From a virus (lineage: Duplodnaviria > Caudoviricetes): a stretch of DNA of 54,546 bases. The translations under genes were made by a program, and so were the position numbers. Shown one piece after another: positions 46,379-54,546 of the stretch. Location of the stretch: positions 1 to 54,546 of the IMG/VR virus record IMGVR_UViG_3300043015_001816. One strand, given 5' to 3'. How positions within the stretch are numbered: the stretch's first letter is position 1; each line of letters opens with the position of its first letter. Under the pieces are notes generated by a model. The model was not told the origin of the DNA, ran no database searches, and saw only the letters and a program-made list of their open reading frames with translations.

Positions 46379-46521
46379 AGGTTAAAGCGCCAAAAGGATA
46401 TCATTGGATGTCTTCTAGTAAAGGAGCTCCAAAGCTTATGAAACATAAAGGAAAGTTTGTGTCCCATAAAGGGGCAAGCCTATCTTATAATTTTGACATT
46501 AAAAAAACACACAGCAAATGA
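46375..46521 (+). CDS. 48-aa basic protein (not in track)
   Basis: MKVKAPKGYHWM...KLMKH; ATGA overlaps at both ends. Confidence 0.65.
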   Translation: MKVKAPKGYHWMSSSKGAPKLMKHKGKFVSHKGASLSYNFDIKKTHSK

Positions 46522-46937
46522 CCTTACCTAAAAATGGAGTTGCTAAAGAATTGAGATCTTATGCTGGATCTTTATTTATTTTTTTGTTTGTTATAGGTAT
46601 TATAATAACTCTGTTGCAGTTTCCTGTATTAGATGAAAACAAAGAAGTTGTAATGATGTTAATAGGGACCATTGCCGCTTCAATTCCCATAGTTATAAGT
46701 TCCATAACTGGAACAAAGCCAGACGACATAAACGCCTTAAAGGCGGAGATAGAGAAAAAAGATCATCGAATAGATTTACTGATAAAATCTAAAGACGATT
46801 TAGAGGCTATGGTTATTAATTTGCAAAGCGAAATACTCAAAAATCAAGACGACATGATGGATAAGATTCTATTTAAAGCGGCTCTTGATTATGATGACAA
46901 AGCTATTGCTAAATCAGTATCAATAAAAGATGACTAA
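46518..46937 (+). CDS. Two-TM protein with coiled coil (holin/spanin-like)
   Basis: Two hydrophobic helices followed by heptad repeats. Confidence 0.55.
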   Translation: MTLPKNGVAKELRSYAGSLFIFLFVIGIIITLLQFPVLDENKEVVMMLIGTIAASIPIVISSITGTKPDDINALKAEIEKKDHRIDLLIKSKDDLEAMVINLQSEILKNQDDMMDKILFKAALDYDDKAIAKSVSIKDD

Positions 46938-47283
46938 GGCAAATATAGATATTGACGGAGATGGGAAACCAGACGTGAAAGTTGATTTAAAAACTTTAGT
47001 AGCTATAGCAATGGGATTATTTTCTATTGCAGGAGTATATTTTACATTGCTATCTGAAATAAAAGCTATTGAAGTTTCGGTTATGAGGATGGAATCTGAA
47101 GTAAAAATGAATAGCGAGTTTAGAATTAAGTGGCCTAGGGGTGAAATGGGCGCTTTGCCTGATGACGCAGAACAAAATTTAAGACTGCTCTACATTGAGA
47201 AGAACTCAGATAAATACTTTTCAGATGTAGACGAATTAAAATTGAAAATAAAAGAGCTTGAGGATTGTATTGGTCTTAAGTAA
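46930..47283 (+). CDS. Single-TM coiled-coil protein with N-terminal DxDGDG loop
   Basis: DIDGDGKPD, a TM helix, then coiled coil. Confidence 0.6.
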   Translation: MTKANIDIDGDGKPDVKVDLKTLVAIAMGLFSIAGVYFTLLSEIKAIEVSVMRMESEVKMNSEFRIKWPRGEMGALPDDAEQNLRLLYIEKNSDKYFSDVDELKLKIKELEDCIGLK

Positions 47284-47289
47284 AAAACA

Positions 47290-47532
47290 ATGGGTGAATT
47301 AAAAAAATGGCGAGATGAAAAGTGGGTTCGAATAGGAACTGATGGCTCTATACTTGGAGAGTGTGGAACTAGCAAAAACAAAAAGAACCCAGATAGATGT
47401 TTACCTTTAAATAAAGCAAGAAGCTTATCTAAAGCTGAGAGAGCTGAAACTGCTAGAAAAAAGAAAAGAGAAGGAACGAAAAAACAATTTGTCTCTAATA
47501 CAGAAAAAGCAAAAGTTAAAGTTAAAAGATAA
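47290..47532 (+). CDS. Basic protein (DUF5872-like)
   Basis: LKKW..EKWV...CG...RCLP..KA..LS..ER..TARKK pattern. Confidence 0.7.
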   Translation: MGELKKWRDEKWVRIGTDGSILGECGTSKNKKNPDRCLPLNKARSLSKAERAETARKKKREGTKKQFVSNTEKAKVKVKR

Positions 47533-47648
47533 TGCCTTATAGTAAATACACTGAAAAGCAAAAAAAGTTAGCGAGAGTTGCGCCTCCTAGAAAAAAAATA
47601 ACTAAGAAAGATCTTGAGGTTTTAAGGTCTTATAAAAAACGAGGGTAG
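47532..47648 (+). CDS. 38-aa basic peptide (not in track)
   Basis: MPYSKYTEKQKKLARVAPPRKKITKEDLEVLRSYKKRG; stop/start coupled on both sides. Confidence 0.6.
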   Translation: MPYSKYTEKQKKLARVAPPRKKITKKDLEVLRSYKKRG

Positions 47649-47797
47649 TGGAAGATTTGAGAATATATGGAATAAACATATCAGCCATAACTGGAGTAGC
47701 AATTAGTGATATAAACCCATACCTGTCTACATTAGTTTTGTTGACTACTTTGGTTTATACAGTTCTTCAAATTTTAGAAAAGTTTAAAAAAAAGTAA
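47648..47797 (+). CDS. Small holin-like membrane protein (GTG start, not in track)
   Basis: 49 aa with a TM helix and KKK tail; coupled to the endolysin start. Confidence 0.6.
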   Translation: MEDLRIYGINISAITGVAISDINPYLSTLVLLTTLVYTVLQILEKFKKK

Positions 47798-48153
47798 TGG
47801 AGTTAAAATACTTTACAGATCAAGAAGATTTTAAAGGCAACATGGATAAAATGAATCCAAAGCTTTTGAGTATGCTAGATGAGGTGCGGGATTTGTATGG
47901 ACACCCAATGGTTATAACGTCTTCCTATAGATCACCTGATCATCCGATAGAGGCAAAGAAAAGCTCTCCTGGAGAACATACTCATGGGGCCGCCGTCGAT
48001 GTAAAAAGTGTTGGTGGAGAAAAAACATTTTTGCTGGTTGATGCAGCAATTAAAGTTGGGTTTACCAGGATTGGAATAAGTAGAAAGAGTAACTTTGTGC
48101 ACTTGGGTATTGGATATCCAGGGGCACCAGAAAAAACAATTTGGACATATTAA
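47797..48153 (+). CDS. Endolysin, peptidase M15 family
   Basis: SSYRS..H, H..G.AVD and FVHL zinc-peptidase motifs. Confidence 0.85.
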   Translation: MELKYFTDQEDFKGNMDKMNPKLLSMLDEVRDLYGHPMVITSSYRSPDHPIEAKKSSPGEHTHGAAVDVKSVGGEKTFLLVDAAIKVGFTRIGISRKSNFVHLGIGYPGAPEKTIWTY

Positions 48154-48154
48154 T

Positions 48155-48571
48155 ATGGCTAAAAAAACCTTTAAAGAAACGGCGGTTGGAAAGTTCTTGC
48201 TGGAAAAAATACCTTCAGTAGTTGGAGCTATTGCTGAAGACACTCCAGTTGGAAACGTCATTCAAGCTATTATAGGAGGATCAGAAATGTCTGAGGGAGA
48301 CAAAGCTATCGCCTACAAAAAGCTAGAGCTAGAAAAAGCTGAAATGGATGGCATCACAAAAAGATGGGTTGCAGATGCAAAGTCTGCATCATGGCTTGCC
48401 TCTAATGTGAGACCTTTAACTCTTGTTGTTTTAACAGCATCATTTGTTATTGGGTGGTATTTACAAATAGAAGAGCTTTCGGTTGTTAAGGAGCTTTTGC
48501 AAATTGTTTTTATAGGATACTTTGGCAGTAGGGGGGCAGAAAAAATTATGGGTAATAATAAGCATAGATAA
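48155..48571 (+). CDS. Holin (GTA 3TM-like)
   Basis: RW.AD..S.SWL..NVRP, two TM helices, YFGSRG.EK. Confidence 0.75.
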   Translation: MAKKTFKETAVGKFLLEKIPSVVGAIAEDTPVGNVIQAIIGGSEMSEGDKAIAYKKLELEKAEMDGITKRWVADAKSASWLASNVRPLTLVVLTASFVIGWYLQIEELSVVKELLQIVFIGYFGSRGAEKIMGNNKHR

Positions 48572-51500
48572 TGGCAAGAATAACCACATACGAACAAGAC
48601 AGTAATGTTTCGTTTGAAGACAAGTTGTTGGGAACCGACTCGGTGACTGGCGGAACTAAAAACTTTACTATTCAAAGTTTAATGAACTTGATAAACGAAC
48701 TAAGCGGCGTGTCTTTGTTTGACGGGGTCTTGTTTAAATATCAAGAATACGATCCATCAGCGACAGATCCTAGAGGCATATTAAATTTAGTTGGGGGAAT
48801 AGCAGCGTCAACACCCTTTACTTCAGTAACACAGATAATTCTTTCAAAGAAGGTTGTTAATGGTGTTGATGTAGAAAATTACTTGCGATCTTTTGCGGGT
48901 AAAAGAATAAAGATATCTAAGCAAGATGACTTTGACGTTTTTGCAACATTCAAAGTTAATTCAGTTGCAGATTATACTAACACAAGATACTTAACTTTTG
49001 CTGTAGAGCATGTTCAATCAAATGGTTCATTTAACCCAGAAGGACTTTTCTTTGCTTCTTACCACAGTGATGCAAGCGTGACAGACTTGGAAGATGTTTC
49101 AAGTGCTGGTTCTGGACAAATAATAACTTCTGCAGAAAGAACAGCTATCAGTAATTCAGTAAAATATACTGATGTAAAAGATAACCTTGTTTCAACAGAT
49201 ACCAATAAACCTTTATCTGCAAATCAAGGGTATGTATTAAAAGGGTTGATCGACAATATCAATACTCTTCTTACTAGCGACAATATAGATCTAGACACGT
49301 TACAAGAAGTTGTAGACTTTATAGAAGCGAATAGAACAACTTTGAATAGTTTAACTATAAGCAATATTGCTGGACTTCAAAATGCTCTTGACAATAAAGT
49401 GGATGTTGTTTCGGGAAAAGAATTATCGACAAATGATTTTACAGATGCTTTACTTACAAAGCTAAATGGAATAGCTGCTGGTGCCGAAGTAAATGTTCAG
49501 TCGGATTGGGCTGAAGTTTCTGCAACTAGCGATGCATTTATACAAAATAAACCAACCGATGTAACTGACTTAAGTCAACATAATGCAACTGAGCTTGCAG
49601 ACATAACTAGTTCTGGATCTGGTCAAATAATAAGTTCGGCAGAAAGAACTAAACTTGCTGGAATACAAGCTGGAGCCGAAGCTAATGTTCAGGTTGATTG
49701 GAATGAAACGAATTCAGGTTCTGATGCTTTTATTGTAAACAAGCCAAGCATAACGCCAAGTTCAAGAACTATTGAGATTGCTGGAACTGCAAATGAAGTT
49801 GATGTTACTCCATCTGGTCCTCAAGATTTATCTGCCAATAGAACATTTACTGTTGGGCTTCCAAATGATGTAACAATTTCCAGTGACTTAATAGTTAACG
49901 ACACGATAGAGCTTGTTAATGATCAGGCTTCAACCCCTACCTTTCAGAATGGATTTTATGTAAAAAACGACGATGGTCATGATACTATTCATTTTAGATA
50001 TCATGGCCATGATATTAGCATCGACAAGTTTACTGAAGTCATTCCTACAGGTATATTAAATGGAGGAAATCTTTCTGTTTCAAGCTCAACTGAATTTACT
50101 ATTGCTGCTGGTAATGGAATCATAAATGATCTAAATAAAACTCCCTTAAGTGAACCCCATCCAGAAATTATTAATGTTTCTTGGAGTTCGCAAACTCTTA
50201 CTGTATCTGGGCTAAACTCTGGGGATTCTAACCAACTTAACACTTGGATTTATGTAGATCAGAATGGAACGGTCCAACAGCAAAATACTGTTTTCACTGA
50301 AGCGCAGGTTAGAAGCAATATCATAATAGGTGCGGCAATACATTCTTCCGGAATACTTAGGTTTGTTAGAACTTTTCCTAGAACAGCTTATAATGCTACA
50401 TCTCAAATACTAGAGTTTGTAAGCGTGTTTGGACCAATCAAAAAGTCAGGACATGTTCTTTCTGCTAACGGAACTAACCTTTCTTTAGATAGGTCTGCCG
50501 GAGTTTCTTTTGCTTTAGGTAGAAATTACGATACGGATCCAGAGAATCCATCAACAGTAACTGACTCGTCTAAGACTCAATGTGTTATTCATAGATATTA
50601 CAAAGATGGGATTGGCGGATTTGTTAAAGATGACGGAATTGGAGCTGCTGGTTATTCTGTTTTAGACCCAACCAAATATGATAACGGATCCGGTACCTTA
50701 GTGTCAGTTTCGTCAGGACATTATTCTACGCAGAGGTTTTATTACTTTCCATCTACACCAGACATACTTATAGCTTACTATGGCGTGGATGAATACAATT
50801 CAATCGAGAGTGCTGAGCTTAACTTAAATCTAGAGACTGTTGCTGAAGCAGATAATACAGCACAACAAGCCATTTATCTTGGAGCTATAATAGTTAAATC
50901 ATCTGCATCAGATCTTTCAGATTCAGCTCAAGCTAAGTTTTTTGTTTCAGGAAACTTTCGTAGCTTAGCTTCCACACCTGTTGGTCAAGTGCTAGCGGCT
51001 TATTTAAGTGATCTTACAGATGTAAATGTAAGCAATCCTACAAACAATCAAATACTTCGATACAATTCATCTAGTGCATATTTTGAAAACGTAAATCTTG
51101 ACACGGATGGTGTTCCAGAAGGTTCAACAAACCTTTATTATACTTCAGCAAGATTTGACAATGATCTATCTGGAAAAACTACGGATAATGTATCGGAGGG
51201 AATTTCTAACCTTTATTACACATCCACAAGATTTAATAATGATCTATCTGGAAAAACTACAGATGATGTATCCGAAGGATCAACTAATCTTTATTACACA
51301 TCGACAAGATTTAATAATGATTTCTCGAATAAAGATACAGATGGCTTAACCGAGGGAGCAACTAACCTTTATTATACATCCACTAGGTTTAATAATGATT
51401 TGTCTGTAAAAACAACAGATGATATCACAGAAGGGTCTAGCAATCTTTACTATACAGATAGCAGATCTAGGTCAGCAATAACAGTAACTGGTGCTGGTAG

Positions 51501-52881
51501 TTATAATAACATTACTGGAGTTATAAATGTAACTGGAGGAGTCACAAGTGTAAATGGTCAATCTGGATCTGTTTCTTTGGACACTGATGATGTTAGCGAA
51601 GGCGCCACTAATTTATATCACACCAACGCAAGGGTTGATGCGAGGATAGGTCTTGCAAGCATTGATGACCTTTCTGATGTAGACACAACAACTAATGCCC
51701 CAGTGTCAGGTGAAGTTTTAAAGTGGAATGGAACAAATTTTGTCCCTGGAGTTGCTGGAGCAAACTTGTCAACCTCAAGTATTGGGGATTTGTCTGATGT
51801 TGACATAACCTCATTCGCACCATCAACTGGAAACGTTCTAAAGTGGAATGGAACTAATTTTATTCCAGCTATAGATAATTCTTCTGCTGCTTCAAATTCT
51901 TTTAAAAATTTAGCTGTATCTGGACAAAACACTGTGGTTGCAGATTCCTCTTCAGACACATTAACTCTTGTGGCAGGAGGCGGAATGACCATTACAACTG
52001 ATTCGACATCTGACTCAATAACTTTTGAAGCCGCAGGAGGGGTCGGGGCTCTTACAGTAGATAATTTTACGGGGAATGGAAGCACAGCTATTTACCAGTT
52101 GACTGCCTCTCCAACTTCTGAGAATTTTACTGATATTTATTTTGATGGTGTATATCAGCAAAAAAATACATATACCTTAAATCCTTCCAATAGTCAAATA
52201 ACTTTTGATACAAACGTAGCTAATGGAGTAAGTATAGAAGTAAGATCTCTTGAGCAACTATCAGTTAGTGACATTGTAAAAACAAATTTAGTATCTGATT
52301 CTTTTACTGCAACAGCCAATCAAACAGCATTTACTTTAGTGAATGGTAATCCAGCAGCTTTAGAACTTACGATGGTTTTTGTTCAGGGCGTTTATCAGTC
52401 TAAAACAAACTATAGTTTAAATTCTGGAGACATAGTTTTTTCTACTGGATTAACAGCAGGAGACATTGTTGAAGTAATTTCAATAAAGGGAGCTAATACA
52501 ACAACCAGCCCCGTACTTAGTGTTAATGGACAAACTGGGGTTGTTAGCATTCCGGCTGGCGTTGCTAGCGTTAATGGACAAACCGGAGCTGTAACTATTA
52601 GTACCACTCCAACTGTTTCTGTTATTAGCGCAAACACAACGGCTCAGGCTAATTATGTTTATGTTTTTACAGCAAGCCTTACACTAACACTTCCTGCTAG
52701 CCCGAGCTCAGGTGACTCTATAAAAATTTCAAACAGGTCAGGAACTACAACTTGTGTACTTGGGGCAAATGGTAACAATATAATGGGTAGCGCATCTGAT
52801 CTTACATTAGATACGGCATCAGCAAGTTTTGAATTAATATACTCCGACACAACAAATGGTTGGGTAATAATAGGACAATAA
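48571..52881 (+). CDS. Long mosaic tail fibre protein
   Basis: KPLSANQG, LSTNDFT..KL.GI..GA..NVQ.DW, EG..NLYYT repeats, L.DLSDV repeats, SVNGQTG and TLTLPASP..GD modules. Confidence 0.85.
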   Translation: MARITTYEQDSNVSFEDKLLGTDSVTGGTKNFTIQSLMNLINELSGVSLFDGVLFKYQEYDPSATDPRGILNLVGGIAASTPFTSVTQIILSKKVVNGVDVENYLRSFAGKRIKISKQDDFDVFATFKVNSVADYTNTRYLTFAVEHVQSNGSFNPEGLFFASYHSDASVTDLEDVSSAGSGQIITSAERTAISNSVKYTDVKDNLVSTDTNKPLSANQGYVLKGLIDNINTLLTSDNIDLDTLQEVVDFIEANRTTLNSLTISNIAGLQNALDNKVDVVSGKELSTNDFTDALLTKLNGIAAGAEVNVQSDWAEVSATSDAFIQNKPTDVTDLSQHNATELADITSSGSGQIISSAERTKLAGIQAGAEANVQVDWNETNSGSDAFIVNKPSITPSSRTIEIAGTANEVDVTPSGPQDLSANRTFTVGLPNDVTISSDLIVNDTIELVNDQASTPTFQNGFYVKNDDGHDTIHFRYHGHDISIDKFTEVIPTGILNGGNLSVSSSTEFTIAAGNGIINDLNKTPLSEPHPEIINVSWSSQTLTVSGLNSGDSNQLNTWIYVDQNGTVQQQNTVFTEAQVRSNIIIGAAIHSSGILRFVRTFPRTAYNATSQILEFVSVFGPIKKSGHVLSANGTNLSLDRSAGVSFALGRNYDTDPENPSTVTDSSKTQCVIHRYYKDGIGGFVKDDGIGAAGYSVLDPTKYDNGSGTLVSVSSGHYSTQRFYYFPSTPDILIAYYGVDEYNSIESAELNLNLETVAEADNTAQQAIYLGAIIVKSSASDLSDSAQAKFFVSGNFRSLASTPVGQVLAAYLSDLTDVNVSNPTNNQILRYNSSSAYFENVNLDTDGVPEGSTNLYYTSARFDNDLSGKTTDNVSEGISNLYYTSTRFNNDLSGKTTDDVSEGSTNLYYTSTRFNNDFSNKDTDGLTEGATNLYYTSTRFNNDLSVKTTDDITEGSSNLYYTDSRSRSAITVTGAGSYNNITGVINVTGGVTSVNGQSGSVSLDTDDVSEGATNLYHTNARVDARIGLASIDDLSDVDTTTNAPVSGEVLKWNGTNFVPGVAGANLSTSSIGDLSDVDITSFAPSTGNVLKWNGTNFIPAIDNSSAASNSFKNLAVSGQNTVVADSSSDTLTLVAGGGMTITTDSTSDSITFEAAGGVGALTVDNFTGNGSTAIYQLTASPTSENFTDIYFDGVYQQKNTYTLNPSNSQITFDTNVANGVSIEVRSLEQLSVSDIVKTNLVSDSFTATANQTAFTLVNGNPAALELTMVFVQGVYQSKTNYSLNSGDIVFSTGLTAGDIVEVISIKGANTTTSPVLSVNGQTGVVSIPAGVASVNGQTGAVTISTTPTVSVISANTTAQANYVYVFTASLTLTLPASPSSGDSIKISNRSGTTTCVLGANGNNIMGSASDLTLDTASASFELIYSDTTNGWVIIGQ
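51100..51460 (+). repeat. 26-aa (78-bp) tandem repeat x5
   Basis: TDxxxEGxxNLYYTSxRFxNDxSxK; one more copy near 51580. Confidence 0.85.
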
Positions 52882-52882
52882 T

Positions 52883-53443
52883 ATGGGTAATTTAACAGAT
52901 TTTTTTTCAGGTGGAGGTGGTGGAAATAACGTATTAGAACATTTAATTTGGCAGCCAGACGGCAGAACTATAAAAACTGTTAATGGGGATAAAACAGCAG
53001 AAACCGTAACGGCTAGATTTGTTCCTCCAAATTCTTGGACAAATTCAGGGGGCAGCAGTATAGATTATACTCCGCCAGCAGGCACAAAAAATTTATTATA
53101 CCGGTTTAATTTTAATTATGATTATTATAACGGGTATATAATATGGCTCACAGCAATACACATAGACGGTACACAGGTAACGACATCAAGAGACTCCTTA
53201 TGGGGAGGAACTGATGATACTAGGAATGCAGTGTCTGTGTGTAGAGCGTTACAAGTAGGCGCAAGCTCAGAAAATATTGCAGCTGGCAGAATAGGTACAT
53301 GGACAAGCGACAAAACTTTACAATATAGAATTGCAAGTTATAACTCCACCTACGATTATTACGCTTTTTCTAATGGTTATGTTATCGGCAGCTCTGACGG
53401 CTCTTATCAACCTCCTACATTTGAATTAATAGCAACAACTTAA
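52883..53443 (+). CDS. Tail fibre-associated / receptor-binding protein
   Basis: MGNLTDFFSGGGGG start; aromatic-rich beta domain; SIDYTPP motif. Confidence 0.6.
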   Translation: MGNLTDFFSGGGGGNNVLEHLIWQPDGRTIKTVNGDKTAETVTARFVPPNSWTNSGGSSIDYTPPAGTKNLLYRFNFNYDYYNGYIIWLTAIHIDGTQVTTSRDSLWGGTDDTRNAVSVCRALQVGASSENIAAGRIGTWTSDKTLQYRIASYNSTYDYYAFSNGYVIGSSDGSYQPPTFELIATT

Positions 53444-53446
53444 ATT

Positions 53447-53752
53447 ATGATTTCATATACATATCAAATATTATCATTAAGAAAGCATAACGATACTTTT
53501 TTAAATAATATAAAAAGTTTTAAAATACGTATCACCGGTACAAAAGACAACGAGTCATATTATGTAGACGATGAGATACTATTAGATACGCCTTCTGAAG
53601 AGTCTTTTATACAATATTATAAATTAACTGAACAAAATTTAATTGATTGGTATCAAGACGGTATTAGAGAAGAAATGGTTAAATATGAAATACAACGAAA
53701 GTTTAATTTAAATAAAGGGGAAGAAGCAGTTAGTTTTCCTTGGTCAACGTAA
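53447..53752 (+). CDS. Tail fibre assembly-type small protein
   Basis: YTY.I..L...FI.Y..LTE...I.W...PW pattern. Confidence 0.55.
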   Translation: MISYTYQILSLRKHNDTFLNNIKSFKIRITGTKDNESYYVDDEILLDTPSEESFIQYYKLTEQNLIDWYQDGIREEMVKYEIQRKFNLNKGEEAVSFPWST

Positions 53753-53764
53753 TAAAATAATATT

Positions 53765-54250
53765 ATGGCAATAACAAAAATAACATCAAGCATTTTAGAG
53801 GATTCAGCTGTTACGGACAGTAAGATAGCATCTCAAGCCGTTACGGACAGTAAGATAGCATCTCAAGCCGTTACGGATAGTAAAATAGCGCCTCAAGCCG
53901 TCACCTCTGATAAGGTTGGTAGTGAGTTTAAAACCTCTGCAACTATTGCACAGGCAGGTGGGGATCTCGATTTTAAAAGCGCTCAGGTTTTTACTTTAAC
54001 CTATCCAACAAGTGGGCCTAATACTACAATTAATATTGTTAATCCTATAGTAGGTGTTCAAAAAACTTTAGTAGTTGTAGGGGCCGGTAGCACACCTGTA
54101 GATATAGCCTTTACAGTAGGTGGCAGTGCGGGTACATTTAATAAAATAGCTGGGGAATATGACGATACCTTAGATACTAAAAACTTATTTAGTATACTAT
54201 GCTATAGCTCTACGGAATTTTGGTATTCAATATCGCAAATAGCTACTTAA
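53765..54250 (+). CDS. Short tail fibre-like protein
   Basis: MAITKI start, AVTDSKIA repeats, beta-rich C-domain. Confidence 0.65.
   Translation: MAITKITSSILEDSAVTDSKIASQAVTDSKIASQAVTDSKIAPQAVTSDKVGSEFKTSATIAQAGGDLDFKSAQVFTLTYPTSGPNTTINIVNPIVGVQKTLVVVGAGSTPVDIAFTVGGSAGTFNKIAGEYDDTLDTKNLFSILCYSSTEFWYSISQIAT
53807..53896 (+). repeat. 30-bp tandem repeat x3
   Basis: gcygttacggayagtaaratagcryctcaa encoding AVTDSKIASQ. Confidence 0.9.
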
Positions 54251-54251
54251 T

Positions 54252-54546
54252 ATGTTTGGACAAGGTATACTATTAGGACTTGGAATAGAAGCGGGTCGCC
54301 CCCCTGAAGCTTTGTCAAATACATTTAATACCTCTGATTCTTTATATGCTATAGGCGACACTATTACGTTTGATAAACCATCATCTCTTACCAGTCCTGG
54401 AGGGGGCAACCATCTATTCCCCATCAGAAATGGAGTGCAATTTAGAATAAAGCTATATGGAGCAAGTGGCGGGTATCACAACGGTGCCACAAGCCAATAC
54501 GGTAGCAATTCAAATGGTGGAATAATCGATGCAACAATTGATCTAT
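54252..54546 (+). CDS. Gly-rich tail/receptor-binding protein (3' truncated by the window)
   Basis: MFGQG...IKLYGASGG...NGG; open to the window end. Confidence 0.55.
   Translation, partial: MFGQGILLGLGIEAGRPPEALSNTFNTSDSLYAIGDTITFDKPSSLTSPGGGNHLFPIRNGVQFRIKLYGASGGYHNGATSQYGSNSNGGIIDATIDL

Noticed and set aside
1-54546. Stop-codon reassignment as in some crAss-like phages
   Set aside because: Long genes are intact in code 11, and TAG and TGA end genes normally (capsid TAG, groEL TGA).

Overview
The window is about 54.5 kb of a tailed dsDNA phage genome, AT-rich and read in the standard genetic code, with both ends falling inside tail-type genes. The host is very probably in Bacteroidota (Flavobacteriia): TAnnTTTG promoter boxes recur and leaders are A-rich without Shine-Dalgarno motifs. 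The + strand (1-28.3 kb) carries a podovirus morphogenesis module resembling crAss-like phages: TerS, TerL, portal, scaffold, major capsid protein, two ring proteins, a tail stabilisation ('muzzle') gene split by a large thrombospondin-3/Ig insert, a GNAT-like protein and three ejection proteins. The - strand (28.4-41.6 kb) carries DNA metabolism genes (endonuclease, phosphoesterase, primase-helicase, replication initiator, stand-alone DnaA domain IV, SSB, YqaJ exonuclease, HNH, ERF) and small early genes. A structured non-coding gap of about 0.8 kb follows, then GroEL/GroES, two HTH proteins, tiny basic ORFs, lysis genes and tail fibres. I see no DNA polymerase, RNA polymerase, integrase, tRNA or CRISPR array. 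The most unusual signals are not in the ORF track: cationic peptides overprinted in the scaffold gene, an A10 slippage site in the largest ejection gene, promoter-terminator mini-units that look like sRNAs antisense to translation starts, and the muzzle split inside a Cys-flanked module. All family assignments come from motif recognition by eye; no database search was run.
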